Shown one piece after another: positions 21,567 through 31,708 of a stretch of 64,000 bases of DNA. This stretch comes from Thermotogaceae bacterium (GTDB lineage: Bacteria > Thermotogota > Thermotogae > B21-G9 > HyVt-16). The position numbers and the translations under genes are program-made. The notes under the pieces are model-generated. The model saw only the letters and a program-made list of their open reading frames with translations, was not told where the DNA came from and searched no databases. The stretch spans positions 166 to 64,165 of the forward strand of contig JARRBB010000004.1 of the NCBI GenBank assembly GCA_029981435.1. The letters run 5' to 3'. The stretch's first letter is position 1, and each line of letters begins with the position of its first letter.

Positions 21567-23261
21567 ATGCAAGAAAAAATAAAGTATAAAAGGCTTGGAG
21601 AGATTTTGATTGAAGAAGGAATATTAACAAAACGAGATCTTGTTACTGCAATGAATTTGCAACAAAATGTCAGAAAACCTCTTGGTGAAATTCTGGTTGA
21701 GTACAATTTTGCCACCTGGGAACAGATCGCTGAGGCTCTTTCCAAACAGTATAATTTACCCTTACTTAGAGAACCCCCGAAAAATATTGAACCTGATGTT
21801 CTATCGATGCTTCCTCAGACCCTCGTTGAAAAATACAGGATAATTCCAATATCAGTGGATAAGTCAAAAGGTAGAATTACCATAGCTACCGACAATGTGG
21901 TCAATTTTGGAAGAATAATTCAAGAAGTCAGATTTGCCACAGGTCTGGAAGTTGATATAGTACTCATGCCAAAAGATATATTTGAATTAACCTACGATGA
22001 ATATTTTCGAAGTGGTATAAACAAAGAAATCGTTGAAGAATTAAGAATAGATTTATCAGCCGAGGAAGTTGAGGAAACCGAAGAAACCGAAGAACTTGAA
22101 GCAGCACCTGTCGTAAGGCTTGTAAATACATTAATAGAAGGTGCTATTAGAGATCAAGCGAGTGATATACACATAGAACCTGCAGACAAATCTGTTACTG
22201 TTAGATACAGAATAGACGGTATTTTGAGAAAGGTCACCTCATATCCTAAACACTCACATAATGCAGTTGTCTCAAGGATAAAAATTCTTTCAAATCTTGA
22301 TATATCCGAAAGAAGGATACCTCAAGATGGTAAGTTTTTTGTGAAATTCGAAGAGGAACAGTACGATTTGAGAGTATCTACCATGCCAACAATATATGGG
22401 GAAAAAGTGGTAATGAGAATTCTGAGAGTTTCGGCATCTCAGAAAAAGATAGAAGATCTCGGTTTCACTGACTACAATAGAAAACGCCTGATGTATCTGT
22501 TGGATCATCCGTATGGAATAATACTTGTCACAGGTCCTACGGGTAGCGGAAAATCCACAACACTTGTGGCAATTTTGAACGAACTGAAAGACGTAACAAA
22601 AAACATAATTACTATAGAAGATCCTGTTGAATACAGCATAGAAGGAGTGAATCAAAGTCAGGCTAATCCAGATATAGGTTTAACTTTTGCACGAATGCTT
22701 CGTTCCGTTTTAAGACAAGATCCGGATATAATAATGGTTGGTGAGATAAGAGACAAAGAAACTGCTCAGCTTGCAATAGAAGCTTCAATGACAGGCCATC
22801 TTGTATTCAGTACTCTTCACACCAATAATGCGCCTTCAGCTGTTTCAAGACTTGTTAATCTGGGAATAGATCCTTATCTTATAACTACATCCTTGATTGG
22901 TGTAATTGCTCAAAGACTCGTAAGAACTCTTTGTAATGAATGCAAGCAAAAGAAACCTCTCAGAGATGAATATTTTGACCTTGTTGACAAACTTTATCCG
23001 GAATTAGAAAAAGTAGAATACGTTCCTGTTGGTTGTTCAGCTTGCAAAAAAAGTGGATTCAAAGGTAGAACCGCTATCCATGAAGTCATGATTGTAGACG
23101 AAAAACTGAAACAACTTATAGTTTCTGGAGGTTCAAAAATAGAAATCGAAAAGCTGGCGCGTTCTAACGGAATGCGCACCCTGTTTGAAGATGGTTTTGA
23201 AAAAGTTTTGAAAGGAATAACCTCTCTCGATGAAGTTAAAAGGGTTGCTGCAGAGGAATGA
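21567..23261 (+). CDS. pilB: PilB/GspE-family type IV pilus / type II secretion assembly ATPase.
   Basis: N-terminal T2SSE_N-like domain, Walker A GPTGSGKSTT, Asp and His boxes, and a tetracysteine motif (CNEC...CSAC). Confidence 0.85.
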   Translation: MQEKIKYKRLGEILIEEGILTKRDLVTAMNLQQNVRKPLGEILVEYNFATWEQIAEALSKQYNLPLLREPPKNIEPDVLSMLPQTLVEKYRIIPISVDKSKGRITIATDNVVNFGRIIQEVRFATGLEVDIVLMPKDIFELTYDEYFRSGINKEIVEELRIDLSAEEVEETEETEELEAAPVVRLVNTLIEGAIRDQASDIHIEPADKSVTVRYRIDGILRKVTSYPKHSHNAVVSRIKILSNLDISERRIPQDGKFFVKFEEEQYDLRVSTMPTIYGEKVVMRILRVSASQKKIEDLGFTDYNRKRLMYLLDHPYGIILVTGPTGSGKSTTLVAILNELKDVTKNIITIEDPVEYSIEGVNQSQANPDIGLTFARMLRSVLRQDPDIIMVGEIRDKETAQLAIEASMTGHLVFSTLHTNNAPSAVSRLVNLGIDPYLITTSLIGVIAQRLVRTLCNECKQKKPLRDEYFDLVDKLYPELEKVEYVPVGCSACKKSGFKGRTAIHEVMIVDEKLKQLIVSGGSKIEIEKLARSNGMRTLFEDGFEKVLKGITSLDEVKRVAAEE

Positions 23262-23267
23262 GTTAGA

Positions 23268-24506
23268 ATGTCGAATAGAAAATACTATTCTCGTTCTCCA
23301 GAGGAATGGAAAAAGCTTGATGAAGAAAAGCGGAGAATTTATCTTCAAAGAAACCAAAGATTGCGTCGTAGAGCCTACACTTTTCTTTTTATAAATTTTT
23401 TCGTAATCGCAATTGTCCTTCTTGGCTATTTTATTTCCAAGGAATTTCCTGCTCCACAGCAACCTTACGTTTCCTTCAGTGGTGATCTGAGCTTCCAACT
23501 GATCATGGGAAAAAATGAAAAATATCATCCGGATGAATTAGTGGATGTTGTTGTCAAAGCCATTAACAATTCAAAAAAAAGTGTGAAATTAAAGATTAAA
23601 AACTTCAAAATAACAATATTAGATAGATCCAACAATGCTGTTTATGACTTTGTTTACACTGAAACAGTGGAAAAAGAACTTGAGGGTTATCAATCTGTTT
23701 TAATCTTCAGTTTGAAACATGAAAAGGAATTGCGACTGCCTCCAGGAATATACAGAATTGACACTGAAATCGAACTGGACAAAGATAATATAAGGTTGCA
23801 GAGGACTTTTGAGGTTGAGGAGAGCGTTTCTATATCCCTCACTAGTAAAGATGATTTTTTATTTCCAGAAGAAGAATCGCAAATTTCTGTTTATTTTACT
23901 AACCACTCACTTTACAGCGGTACTTTGAGCCTGAGTTCTCTAAATTTTTCTATAAATAACAGCGGTTTTAGAGTACCAGTAGAAAAAAGGGAATTTTCAA
24001 TTAGTAGTGGAGAAGAACTGAAGATAACCGATATCAAATTCCAAGCTCCAAAAGAAAAAGGAATATATTTGACAAAAGTAGAAGCCGTTTTTTTGCTTGA
24101 TAGGGAAATCAAAACTTTTTCCGCCGAAAAAAGTATAGTAGTAATTCCAAAGGAAGAGTTGAGTAACACTGATAATTTGAGAATCATAACCGATTCTGTA
24201 ATAGTTGCTACAAAAGGGAACGAAATTAAATTCAAGGTTTTTTTTGCTAACGACTCCTCAAAAGATAAGTTCATAATTTTAAACAGATTTCTCTTGAGAA
24301 TATCCAAATCGGGAATGGATTTCTATAAATACGATACAGTACAGAATTTTAAAATCATGGTTCCAGCCTACTCCAAACGGATTATTTTTAACACAGAGGA
24401 TTGGCAGAGATTGATTTTTAATGAAGAAGGAAAATATGATGTTGAAATAACAGCACATACAAATACTGGCACAATAAAACACCATTATCAAATACTTGTT
24501 TATTAA
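23268..24506 (+). CDS. Hypothetical single-pass membrane protein. It has a basic cytoplasmic N-terminus, one TM helix and a roughly 330-aa extracytoplasmic region.
   Basis: MSNRKYYSRSPEEWKK...RRRAYTFLFINFFVIAIVLLGYFI TM helix. No recognisable catalytic motifs. Immediately downstream of pilB. Confidence 0.4.
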   Translation: MSNRKYYSRSPEEWKKLDEEKRRIYLQRNQRLRRRAYTFLFINFFVIAIVLLGYFISKEFPAPQQPYVSFSGDLSFQLIMGKNEKYHPDELVDVVVKAINNSKKSVKLKIKNFKITILDRSNNAVYDFVYTETVEKELEGYQSVLIFSLKHEKELRLPPGIYRIDTEIELDKDNIRLQRTFEVEESVSISLTSKDDFLFPEEESQISVYFTNHSLYSGTLSLSSLNFSINNSGFRVPVEKREFSISSGEELKITDIKFQAPKEKGIYLTKVEAVFLLDREIKTFSAEKSIVVIPKEELSNTDNLRIITDSVIVATKGNEIKFKVFFANDSSKDKFIILNRFLLRISKSGMDFYKYDTVQNFKIMVPAYSKRIIFNTEDWQRLIFNEEGKYDVEITAHTNTGTIKHHYQILVY

Positions 24507-24580
24507 TCCTTTCTTTTTATCTTTCCAAGTAGGGGTGCCTTCAAAAACACAATTGAATAGATAGAAAGGAGCTGAGAAAA

Positions 24581-25591
24581 TTGATAAGAGTCATTGTTTG
24601 GGGATTTGGAGAAATGGGGAAGGGAATAGTAGAAAACATTCTCAGCAAAAAAAGTGTTCTTGAACTGGTAGGAGTGATTGATGTTAAACCCGACCTGGTT
24701 GAAAAAGATGCGGGATTGTTGCTTGGAAAAGAAAAAATAGGAATTAGAGTATCCTCGAATCCTGAAAAACTTCTCGATGAAGCGAATCCTGATATAGTAA
24801 TACTTTCAACTAATTCTTTCGTTGAGAATGTACTTCCTCAAATTGAAATGATTATTAAAAAACATATCAATTTGATAACAATAGCCGAAGAAATGGCTTA
24901 TCCTTTTCACACACATCCTGAAGAATCCAGCTTGATTGATTCACTTGCTAAAAGGTATGGTGCAACAGTTCTGGGAACTGGCATAAACCCTGGATTCGTT
25001 CTCGATACTCTCATCATAACCCTGACAGCCGTATGTAAAAAAGTAAAGAAAATAAAAGCCAGGAGAGTAAATGATCTCTCACCATTTGGGCCTACAGTCA
25101 TGAAAACGCAGGGTGTTGGAACAACTGTTGAAGAATTTTACAAAGGCCTTGAGAAAGGCGAAATAGTTGGACATATTGGTTTTGAGCAATCCATAAACAT
25201 GATAGCTGATGCTTTGGGATGGAAACTTGAAAAGATAGAAGAGATAAGAGAGCCAATAGTTTCAAAAGTTCAGCGTGAAACAAAATATGTTGAAGTAAAA
25301 CCTGGGATGGTTGCAGGTTGTAAGCATGTAGGAAAAGGTTATTTAAACGGTGAGATAGTTATTGAACTTGAGCATCCTCAGCAGATAAGACCGGAACTTG
25401 AAAACGTTGAAACAGGAGATTACATATGCATTGAAGGTGAACCAGATATAAATCTTTCAATAAAGCCTGAAATACCAGGTGGTACAGGCACCATAGCGAT
25501 GGCTGTGAACATGATTCCAATGGTAGTGGAACACAAACCAGGCTTTTATTCGATGAAAGATTTTCCAATTCCAAGATGTTTAAACATTTAA
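24581..25591 (+). CDS. ord: 2,4-diaminopentanoate dehydrogenase-like (DapB-like NAD(P) oxidoreductase, Ord).
   Basis: N-terminal Rossmann motif [14 protein letters not shown]. About 336 aa. Sits first in the cluster with ortAB and oraSE. Confidence 0.65.
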   Translation: MIRVIVWGFGEMGKGIVENILSKKSVLELVGVIDVKPDLVEKDAGLLLGKEKIGIRVSSNPEKLLDEANPDIVILSTNSFVENVLPQIEMIIKKHINLITIAEEMAYPFHTHPEESSLIDSLAKRYGATVLGTGINPGFVLDTLIITLTAVCKKVKKIKARRVNDLSPFGPTVMKTQGVGTTVEEFYKGLEKGEIVGHIGFEQSINMIADALGWKLEKIEEIREPIVSKVQRETKYVEVKPGMVAGCKHVGKGYLNGEIVIELEHPQQIRPELENVETGDYICIEGEPDINLSIKPEIPGGTGTIAMAVNMIPMVVEHKPGFYSMKDFPIPRCLNI

Positions 25592-25610
25592 TCTCCAGGA
25601 GGGATGTACT

Positions 25611-25916
25611 ATGGCAGCACGAAAAGGTGATTGGGTTCAAATACATTCAACAATACTCAAACCTCAAGAAAGGTCAGAACATTTACCCGAAGATACAAAG
25701 AATGTTCCGTTTGAGATGAGAGTCAAAGGATTTTTGGTAAACGAATCTGCTGAAGTTGGCGATTATGTTGAAATAGAAACTCTTTCAGGCCGTAAAATTC
25801 ATGGAAAATTAATAGAAGTAAACCCAAAATATAGGCATGATTTCGGCGAACCTGTACCGGAATTACTGAAAATCGGTATCGAGTTACGTAAGATACTTGA
25901 TGAAACTGAGAGGTGA
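25611..25916 (+). CDS. ortA: 2-amino-4-ketopentanoate thiolase alpha subunit-like (OrtA).
   Basis: 101-aa protein immediately upstream of and overlapping a PLP-dependent, OrtB-like protein. Size and context match OrtA. GGAGGGATG SD. Confidence 0.65.
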   Translation: MAARKGDWVQIHSTILKPQERSEHLPEDTKNVPFEMRVKGFLVNESAEVGDYVEIETLSGRKIHGKLIEVNPKYRHDFGEPVPELLKIGIELRKILDETER

Positions 25917-25921
25917 TCGAC

Positions 25922-27340
25922 TTGAATAATTACTCTTATCAAAAAATTATGGAAAGAAAAAATGAGATAATCAAAAAATCTGTTGGAATAGATTATGAAA
26001 AATTCAGAACAGGGGGTATTGCATTCGATTACGAAAAGATGATGCAGGAAGTTGGTTACTCAATCGAAGAAGTACGAAAGATTCAGGATGAAGTCAGTGT
26101 TGGAAGAACTCCTCTAGTAGAACTCAAAAACATCACAAGACTTGTAAGGAAAATTTCAAAACCAGGAAAAGGAGCGAGAATATTTCTAAAAGATGAAGCC
26201 TGCAATCCATCGGGTAGCTTTAAAGACCGAAGGGCTTCTTTAAGCGTTTTTCATGCCAAAAAAAATGGATATGAAGGAGTAATAGCTGCTACAAGTGGAA
26301 ATTATGGCGCAGCTGTTGCCTCGCAGGCTGCCAAAAGATTCCTAAAATGCATAATTGTTCAAGAAACTTTTGATAGCCAGGGAATTGGTCAACCAGAAAT
26401 ATTGGAGAAAGGAAGAGCATGCGAAGCGTATGGAGCTGAAGTTATACAACTGAGCGTTGGACCAGAGCTTTTCTATTATTCACTTGTTCTTTTGGAACAA
26501 ACGGGCTATTTCAATGCTTCACTTTACACCCCTTTTGCAATAGCTGGAATAGAAACTCTCGGATATGAAATAGCTGAACAGATGTGGGAAAAAGAAGGAA
26601 AGTTTCCAGATGTTGTTGTAGTAACTCACGCTGGTGGTGGAAATATAACAGGAACTGCAAGAGGATTGATAAAAGCTGGGGCAAAAAATACAGAAATTGT
26701 TGCAGCGAGTGTAGATTTAAGAGGACTTCATATGGCTTCGGATAGTGATTTTAACCGTAAATCTTTTACAACTGGACATACTGGTTTTGGTGTTCCATTT
26801 GCTGTTTTTCCAGATAGGTCAGATGTTCCAATAAACGCTGCCCGACCTCTAAGATATATGGATAGGTATGTTCTTGTCACACAAGGTGAGGTTTTCTATG
26901 TTACCGAGATGCTTGCACAACTTGAAGGAATGCAAAGAGGTCCAGCAGGTAATACTTCACTTGCAGCTGCAATTGCGATTGCAAAAGAACTTGAAGAAGA
27001 CAAAATAGTTGTGGTACAGGAAACAGAGTACACCGGTGCGGGTAAACTTCCAAGCGCTCAGCTTACTTTCGCACGAAAAATGGGCATCGAAATAAAACGA
27101 GGAGACCCTTTAAAAGAAGATAAACCAGGCGAAAGGATAGTTATCCCTGAGAATCCTTCTCAAATTGAATTTATAGAATTAAATCTGTTTGATTTAAAAA
27201 AATCTTATATAAAAGAAATAATGAAGCGAAATAACAAATACAAATTTTCGGAAGTTGAAATCAAATTTATTTCCGAAGATATTCGACTTCCAATTTCTGA
27301 AACTATCGAATTGATTAAAATTACAAAGGAGGAAATATAG
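25922..27340 (+). CDS. ortB: 2-amino-4-ketopentanoate thiolase beta subunit-like (OrtB), PLP-dependent fold-type II.
   Basis: PLP lysine region SFKDRRASLSVFHAKKNGYEGVIAATSGNYG. About 470 aa. Start chosen at the TTG at 25922 after GAGAGGTG. Confidence 0.7.
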   Translation: MNNYSYQKIMERKNEIIKKSVGIDYEKFRTGGIAFDYEKMMQEVGYSIEEVRKIQDEVSVGRTPLVELKNITRLVRKISKPGKGARIFLKDEACNPSGSFKDRRASLSVFHAKKNGYEGVIAATSGNYGAAVASQAAKRFLKCIIVQETFDSQGIGQPEILEKGRACEAYGAEVIQLSVGPELFYYSLVLLEQTGYFNASLYTPFAIAGIETLGYEIAEQMWEKEGKFPDVVVVTHAGGGNITGTARGLIKAGAKNTEIVAASVDLRGLHMASDSDFNRKSFTTGHTGFGVPFAVFPDRSDVPINAARPLRYMDRYVLVTQGEVFYVTEMLAQLEGMQRGPAGNTSLAAAIAIAKELEEDKIVVVQETEYTGAGKLPSAQLTFARKMGIEIKRGDPLKEDKPGERIVIPENPSQIEFIELNLFDLKKSYIKEIMKRNNKYKFSEVEIKFISEDIRLPISETIELIKITKEEI

Positions 27341-27341
27341 T

Positions 27342-27710
27342 ATGCAAAGACCCGATGATTTCGAAAAAAGAAAAAAACATCTTGAAAATATGACCGATGA
27401 AGAGCTTGATAGATACTTCTGGGAATTAGCGAACAAAATTGTAGAGCCACTGATCGAACTTGCAAAAACACATACTTCTCCATCTATAGAAAGATCCGTA
27501 CTTTTGAGAATGGGATTCAACAGTCTTCAGGCTCAAGAGCTTGTGAAAAAAATTCATGAAAAAGGATTACTTGGAAAAGGAGCTGGAAATGTTGTTCTGA
27601 GCCTCGCACAAAAAAAGAAATTAAACTATATTCAAGCTGGTGAAGCACTTATCGAGGGTAAATACTGGGACGAGGTAGAAGACATCTTCAAGGGGGTTGA
27701 TACAAGATGA
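27342..27710 (+). CDS. oraS: D-ornithine 4,5-aminomutase small subunit-like (OraS).
   Basis: 122-aa protein directly upstream of and overlapping the large B12/PLP aminomutase subunit (ATGA overlap). AAGGAGG SD. Confidence 0.65.
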   Translation: MQRPDDFEKRKKHLENMTDEELDRYFWELANKIVEPLIELAKTHTSPSIERSVLLRMGFNSLQAQELVKKIHEKGLLGKGAGNVVLSLAQKKKLNYIQAGEALIEGKYWDEVEDIFKGVDTR

Positions 27711-29914
27711 ATCTCAACCCAAATGAGAAGATAGATATAGGCTATATTCTCAGAGATCTCCATAAATACAGACCTCGTAGAAAAGGTTGGACATGGCGTA
27801 AAAAACTTTCTTCACCCTACAGGATAAATGATTATGAATACTACCAAATAAGTGAACCTCTTAGAAATTCTATTCCTCTCCCAGCAGCCAAATACTTCGA
27901 TAACATTGATCCTCAACCAGACGTCATTATAACAGCTGAGATAGCTTCAGGAAGGTTTGAAGACGATATAAGAAGAATGAGAATGGCAGCCTGGCATGGT
28001 GCTGACCACATAATGGTCATAAGAACATTGGGACAATCTCACATCGATGGATTAATAGAAGGTACCCCTGAAGGTGTTGGAGGAATTCCGGTAACTCGAA
28101 AACAAATAAGAGCAACAAGAAAAGCTCTTGACATGATAGAAGATGAGGTTGGCCGTCCAATAAATTTTCATAGCTATGTTAGCGGTGTAGCAGGACCAGA
28201 AATGGCGGTATTGTTTGCCGAAGAAGGCGTAAATGGAGCTCATCAGGATCCACAATACAATATTCTGTATCGTGGAATAAATCCCATACGTTCATTCGTG
28301 GATGCCGCTGTTGCAAAAAAAATTATGAGTGCTGTAAACATACTCCAGATCGACGGTGCTCACAATGCAAATGCCTCTGCTCGAGTTGCCTGGAAAGTGA
28401 TGCCAGAATTACTGGTTCAACATGCTATAAACTGTGCCTTTTCGTTGAAAGCGGGTATGAAGCCAGAACTGATAGCCCTTTCAACTGTTCCGCCTATAGT
28501 AGCACCAACTCCTGAGTTTAGAATGAATCTTGTTTATGCTGTAACCCTTAGGGAGTTGTTCAAAGGATTCAGGTTCAGAGCACAAATGAATACAAGATAT
28601 ATAGAATCAGACCTTTTTGATGCCACAAGAATCCATGTTTTGAATACCCTTATATCAAGGCTAACAAGTGCTGATTTGCAGAGTACGATAACTCCTGATG
28701 AGGGTAGAAACGTACCTTGGCACATAAACTCAATCAGAGGCGTTGAAACTGCCAAACACACATTGATAGCCTTAGATGGTATAAAAGAACTTGTGAAAAT
28801 TAATGAAGAAAAAATAAGAAAGCATGTTAGAGAACTTAAAATGAGGGCTATCCTTTTTATGGAGGAAATTCTCGAAGTCGGTGGCTACTTTGAAGCACTC
28901 GAAAGAGGGTTTTTTGTTGATAACGGATACTATCCTGAAAGAGTTGGTGATGGAATCGTTAGAAAGAAAAATGGTGAAATTGCTGCTGGTACTGTCGTTC
29001 CAAGAGACAAAGATTATCTTGCACCTGTTTGCCATCATTTTGGCTATAACAACATACCAGAAAACATTGAAAAACCCTGTAAATTAATAGATGGTTGTAC
29101 TCTGTGTAATCCCAATAAGATTCAGTACATCGATGAATTAGATCCGGAAGACAACGTGGAAAAGAGATATGAAAAGACTCTGAAAATGATAGAATCTGGT
29201 GAAGTTAAACCAGAAGTAGAATGGTTTGGGGATGGTTGGATACAACTGGATATGACCTTCCCGTTATCGGAAGAACTTGCTGAGGCAGCCGCACTTGAAA
29301 TCGCAAGAAAGTTGAACCTCGAAGAAGCTCAGGTAATTCATAAAACAATCCTTCATCCAGCTGAAGGAACTTACATCGAAATGAAAGCAAAGATCCCATT
29401 CAGTTTGAAAATCAACGAACTGAAAATACCTGAAAAACCTGAGGTACTTTCCGAGGAAGAAATAATAAAAGTCGTGGAAGAAAATCCAATAACAGTTGTG
29501 GCAGGGACAGTTGGAAACGACGAACATTCTGTTGGACTTAGGGAAATATTGGATATAAAACATGGTGGAATCGAGAAATACGGAATAAAATACATCTATC
29601 TTGGAACGAGTGTACCTCTAGAAAAAATGATAGATGCAGCTATAGAGACAAATGCAGATGCAATACTTGCAAGTATGATAATAACTCATAACAACGTTCA
29701 CATAGAAAATATGAAAAAACTTCATCAGCTCGCTATAGAAAAAGGTGTCAGGGAAAAACTAATACTGGTAGCTGGTGGAACTCAAATAACAAATGATTTG
29801 GCAAAAGCCAACGGCATGGACGCAGGTTTTGGGCGTGGAACAAAAGGAATCCATGTTGCAAGTTTTCTGGTAAAGAAAAAGCTTGAAATAATCAAAAGCA
29901 GACAGGCCCATTGA
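27707..29914 (+). CDS. oraE: D-ornithine 4,5-aminomutase large subunit-like (OraE). PLP-binding TIM barrel fused to a C-terminal cobalamin-binding Rossmann domain.
   Basis: 735 aa. The C-terminal B12-binding region VVAGTVGNDEHSVGLREILD contains a DxHxxG motif. Size and fusion architecture match OraE rather than the split KamD/KamE. Confidence 0.75.
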   Translation: MNLNPNEKIDIGYILRDLHKYRPRRKGWTWRKKLSSPYRINDYEYYQISEPLRNSIPLPAAKYFDNIDPQPDVIITAEIASGRFEDDIRRMRMAAWHGADHIMVIRTLGQSHIDGLIEGTPEGVGGIPVTRKQIRATRKALDMIEDEVGRPINFHSYVSGVAGPEMAVLFAEEGVNGAHQDPQYNILYRGINPIRSFVDAAVAKKIMSAVNILQIDGAHNANASARVAWKVMPELLVQHAINCAFSLKAGMKPELIALSTVPPIVAPTPEFRMNLVYAVTLRELFKGFRFRAQMNTRYIESDLFDATRIHVLNTLISRLTSADLQSTITPDEGRNVPWHINSIRGVETAKHTLIALDGIKELVKINEEKIRKHVRELKMRAILFMEEILEVGGYFEALERGFFVDNGYYPERVGDGIVRKKNGEIAAGTVVPRDKDYLAPVCHHFGYNNIPENIEKPCKLIDGCTLCNPNKIQYIDELDPEDNVEKRYEKTLKMIESGEVKPEVEWFGDGWIQLDMTFPLSEELAEAAALEIARKLNLEEAQVIHKTILHPAEGTYIEMKAKIPFSLKINELKIPEKPEVLSEEEIIKVVEENPITVVAGTVGNDEHSVGLREILDIKHGGIEKYGIKYIYLGTSVPLEKMIDAAIETNADAILASMIITHNNVHIENMKKLHQLAIEKGVREKLILVAGGTQITNDLAKANGMDAGFGRGTKGIHVASFLVKKKLEIIKSRQAH

Positions 29915-29931
29915 GCCTGTCTGCTTCTATT

Positions 29932-31137
29932 TCATTTTCTCCAGAATTTCATTAACAGATCCTTTTTGCTACGAAAAGTTTCTATCTGCTTTTCAATAAG
30001 GTTTTCAGCATACTCATCAGGTTTATCAAAAGTTTTTTCAACGAAGTCAGCTACTCTTGCAAAATAGAAAGGCACTAAAGATTTTATTATCTTTTCTCGT
30101 AATTGTGGTTTTCTATACTCTGCTGCAAATTTGTACACGATCTCTACCCATTTTTCCAGTTCAATTACGCCCGTTTCTCTCGTTTGAGATACAACATTTA
30201 CCAGCTCTTTTTCGAGTATTTCATGTAAAAAATCATAATTATTCTCTATACCTTTTTGAGCAGAATTTTTAAGATTCTCTATATCTACTGTCAATGGTTC
30301 AACTTCAACTTCAGGAGCATCACCAAATACAGGTACAGGATCTATTCTATCGTTTTCCACCCAGTATTTCTCATATTTCTCAAGCTGCCTGAAAAGTGTT
30401 CCAACAACCTGACTGAACATTGGACCAAGATGTTTTCCAGGATCTTTAACATCGTGAATCTTAGCTCCAAGAGAAGCTTGATATATGTCTCCTACCTTTT
30501 CACCAATTGCTGTAGTCGTCATCCAGATATCTATACCGAATTTTGCAACATCTGTTTTCCAAACATCTTCTGACTGAGATAGGTAATTCTTTATCAAAGT
30601 TAGACTAACCCCAAAATCTCCACCAATTGGCTGTCTTATTTTCTTTCCAAAAATGGCCGAAACAATAGGATAGCAGATATTGTTTGTTATTGTACCATCG
30701 TATTTGTGTCTTACATAATACGGGGTCACATACACAGCATTTTTCTCAACAATTGGGCGCGTTAGTCTGTCAATCCACCATGGCTCTATACTCCTGAGAT
30801 CCGAATCAACAAAAACAACTACTGGAACTTCCAAAATATTGGCAAGTTTCATAATACTTCCCATCGCACTTCCTTTTCCTGGAAGTCCTTCATAAACAAA
30901 AGATACTTTTTCAGCTAAGGTTTCTACACTCATGAAAACCTCTCTTGTACCATCATTGGAATTTCCATCAGAATTTACTATCAAACCTTTACCATTAAAA
31001 TATTCCTTTATACCTTCATCTACCACTCTTACAACGCGACTTATTGTTGACGAATTGTTATAACTTGGTATCCCGACAAGAATCTCGTAATCTTTCCCTT
31101 TAAATTTATCAGCAATTTTCTCAGGTAATAAAACCAT
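29932..31137 (-). CDS. GT-A fold glycosyltransferase (GT2/GT81-like; resembles glucosyl- or mannosyl-(3-phospho)glycerate synthases).
   Basis: N-terminal GIPSYNNSSTISRVV and a DxD-type VFVDSDL motif. 401 aa. Compatible-solute synthase assignment is speculative. Confidence 0.5.
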   Translation of the reverse strand: MVLLPEKIADKFKGKDYEILVGIPSYNNSSTISRVVRVVDEGIKEYFNGKGLIVNSDGNSNDGTREVFMSVETLAEKVSFVYEGLPGKGSAMGSIMKLANILEVPVVVFVDSDLRSIEPWWIDRLTRPIVEKNAVYVTPYYVRHKYDGTITNNICYPIVSAIFGKKIRQPIGGDFGVSLTLIKNYLSQSEDVWKTDVAKFGIDIWMTTTAIGEKVGDIYQASLGAKIHDVKDPGKHLGPMFSQVVGTLFRQLEKYEKYWVENDRIDPVPVFGDAPEVEVEPLTVDIENLKNSAQKGIENNYDFLHEILEKELVNVVSQTRETGVIELEKWVEIVYKFAAEYRKPQLREKIIKSLVPFYFARVADFVEKTFDKPDEYAENLIEKQIETFRSKKDLLMKFWRK

Positions 31138-31224
31138 CTTAATTCTCCCTCCTGTTATTTTTTTTCATACATGATATTAATTATGAAAATATTTTTCATT
31201 AGATTATAACACTTTTTTGAAATC

Positions 31225-31253
31225 TTGACCAATAGGAATATGCATGATAAAAT
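31225..31253 (+). promoter_or_regulatory. Sigma-70-like promoter for tRNA-Thr (TTGACC, 17 nt spacer, TAAAAT).
   Basis: Read directly. The -10 ends about 20 nt before the tRNA 5' end. Confidence 0.5.
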
Positions 31254-31272
31254 TTTTAATGCTGAAAGTTGA

Positions 31273-31349
31273 GCAGGTGTAGCTTCAACCGGCAGAGCGC
31301 CGCCTTGGTAAGGCGGAGGTCGTGGGTTCAAGTCCCACCACCTGCTCCA
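31273..31349 (+). tRNA. tRNA-Thr (anticodon GGU)
   Basis: GCAGGTGTAGCTTCAACCGGCAGAGCGCCGCCTTGGTAAGGCGGAGGTCGTGGGTTCAAGTCCCACCACCTGCTCCA. Anticodon loop TTGGTAA, GTTCAAGTC T-loop, encoded CCA. Confidence 0.85.
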
Positions 31350-31355
31350 TAAAAA

Positions 31356-31378
31356 GGCAACCGTGTGGTTGCCTTTTT
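31356..31378 (+). terminator. Rho-independent terminator after tRNA-Thr.
   Basis: GGCAACC-gtgt-GGTTGCC hairpin followed by TTTTT. Confidence 0.6.
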
Positions 31379-31388
31379 AAATGGGTTC

Positions 31389-31418
31389 TTGATACCCGTA
31401 GGGGGTATATGATATAAT
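31389..31418 (+). promoter_or_regulatory. Candidate promoter for the glutaredoxin gene (TTGATA, 18 nt spacer, TATAAT). An imperfect palindrome ATACCCgtagGGGGTAT lies in the spacer.
   Basis: Read directly from the sequence. Confidence 0.4.
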
Positions 31419-31456
31419 TACCCTGAAATATGAAAAAACTGAGGTGAGGTGATAAT

Positions 31457-31693
31457 ATGGTTAAGGTAAAAATATACACTACTCCCACATGTCCATATTG
31501 TTCAGCAGCTAAAAGATTTTTCAGAAGTCTTGGTATTCCTTTCAAAGAAGTTGATGTATCAAGAAATCCAAGAGAAGCAGAATTGCTTTACAGAAAAACT
31601 GGTCAGATGGGAGTGCCTGTTATTGAAGTAGGTAATCAAATAGTCATAGGTTTCGATAGGCCAAAACTTGAAAGACTCCTGGGCATTTCGTAG
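31457..31693 (+). CDS. Glutaredoxin-like small redox protein (CPYC active site).
   Basis: 78 aa with TCPYC in a thioredoxin-fold context (KIYTTPTCPYCSAAKRFF). Confidence 0.8.
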   Translation: MVKVKIYTTPTCPYCSAAKRFFRSLGIPFKEVDVSRNPREAELLYRKTGQMGVPVIEVGNQIVIGFDRPKLERLLGIS

Positions 31694-31708
31694 CCCAGGA
31701 GTTTTTTA

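Noticed and set aside
22061-22100. Short tandem repeat gaaaccgaagaaaccgaagaa.
   Set aside because: It is in-frame within pilB and encodes an acidic EETEETEE linker. It is a coding low-complexity region, not a CRISPR or mobile repeat.
31285-31545. Minus-strand 86-aa ORF.
   Set aside because: It overlaps tRNA-Thr and its terminator and the start of the glutaredoxin gene. It is antisense to clear features and is spurious.
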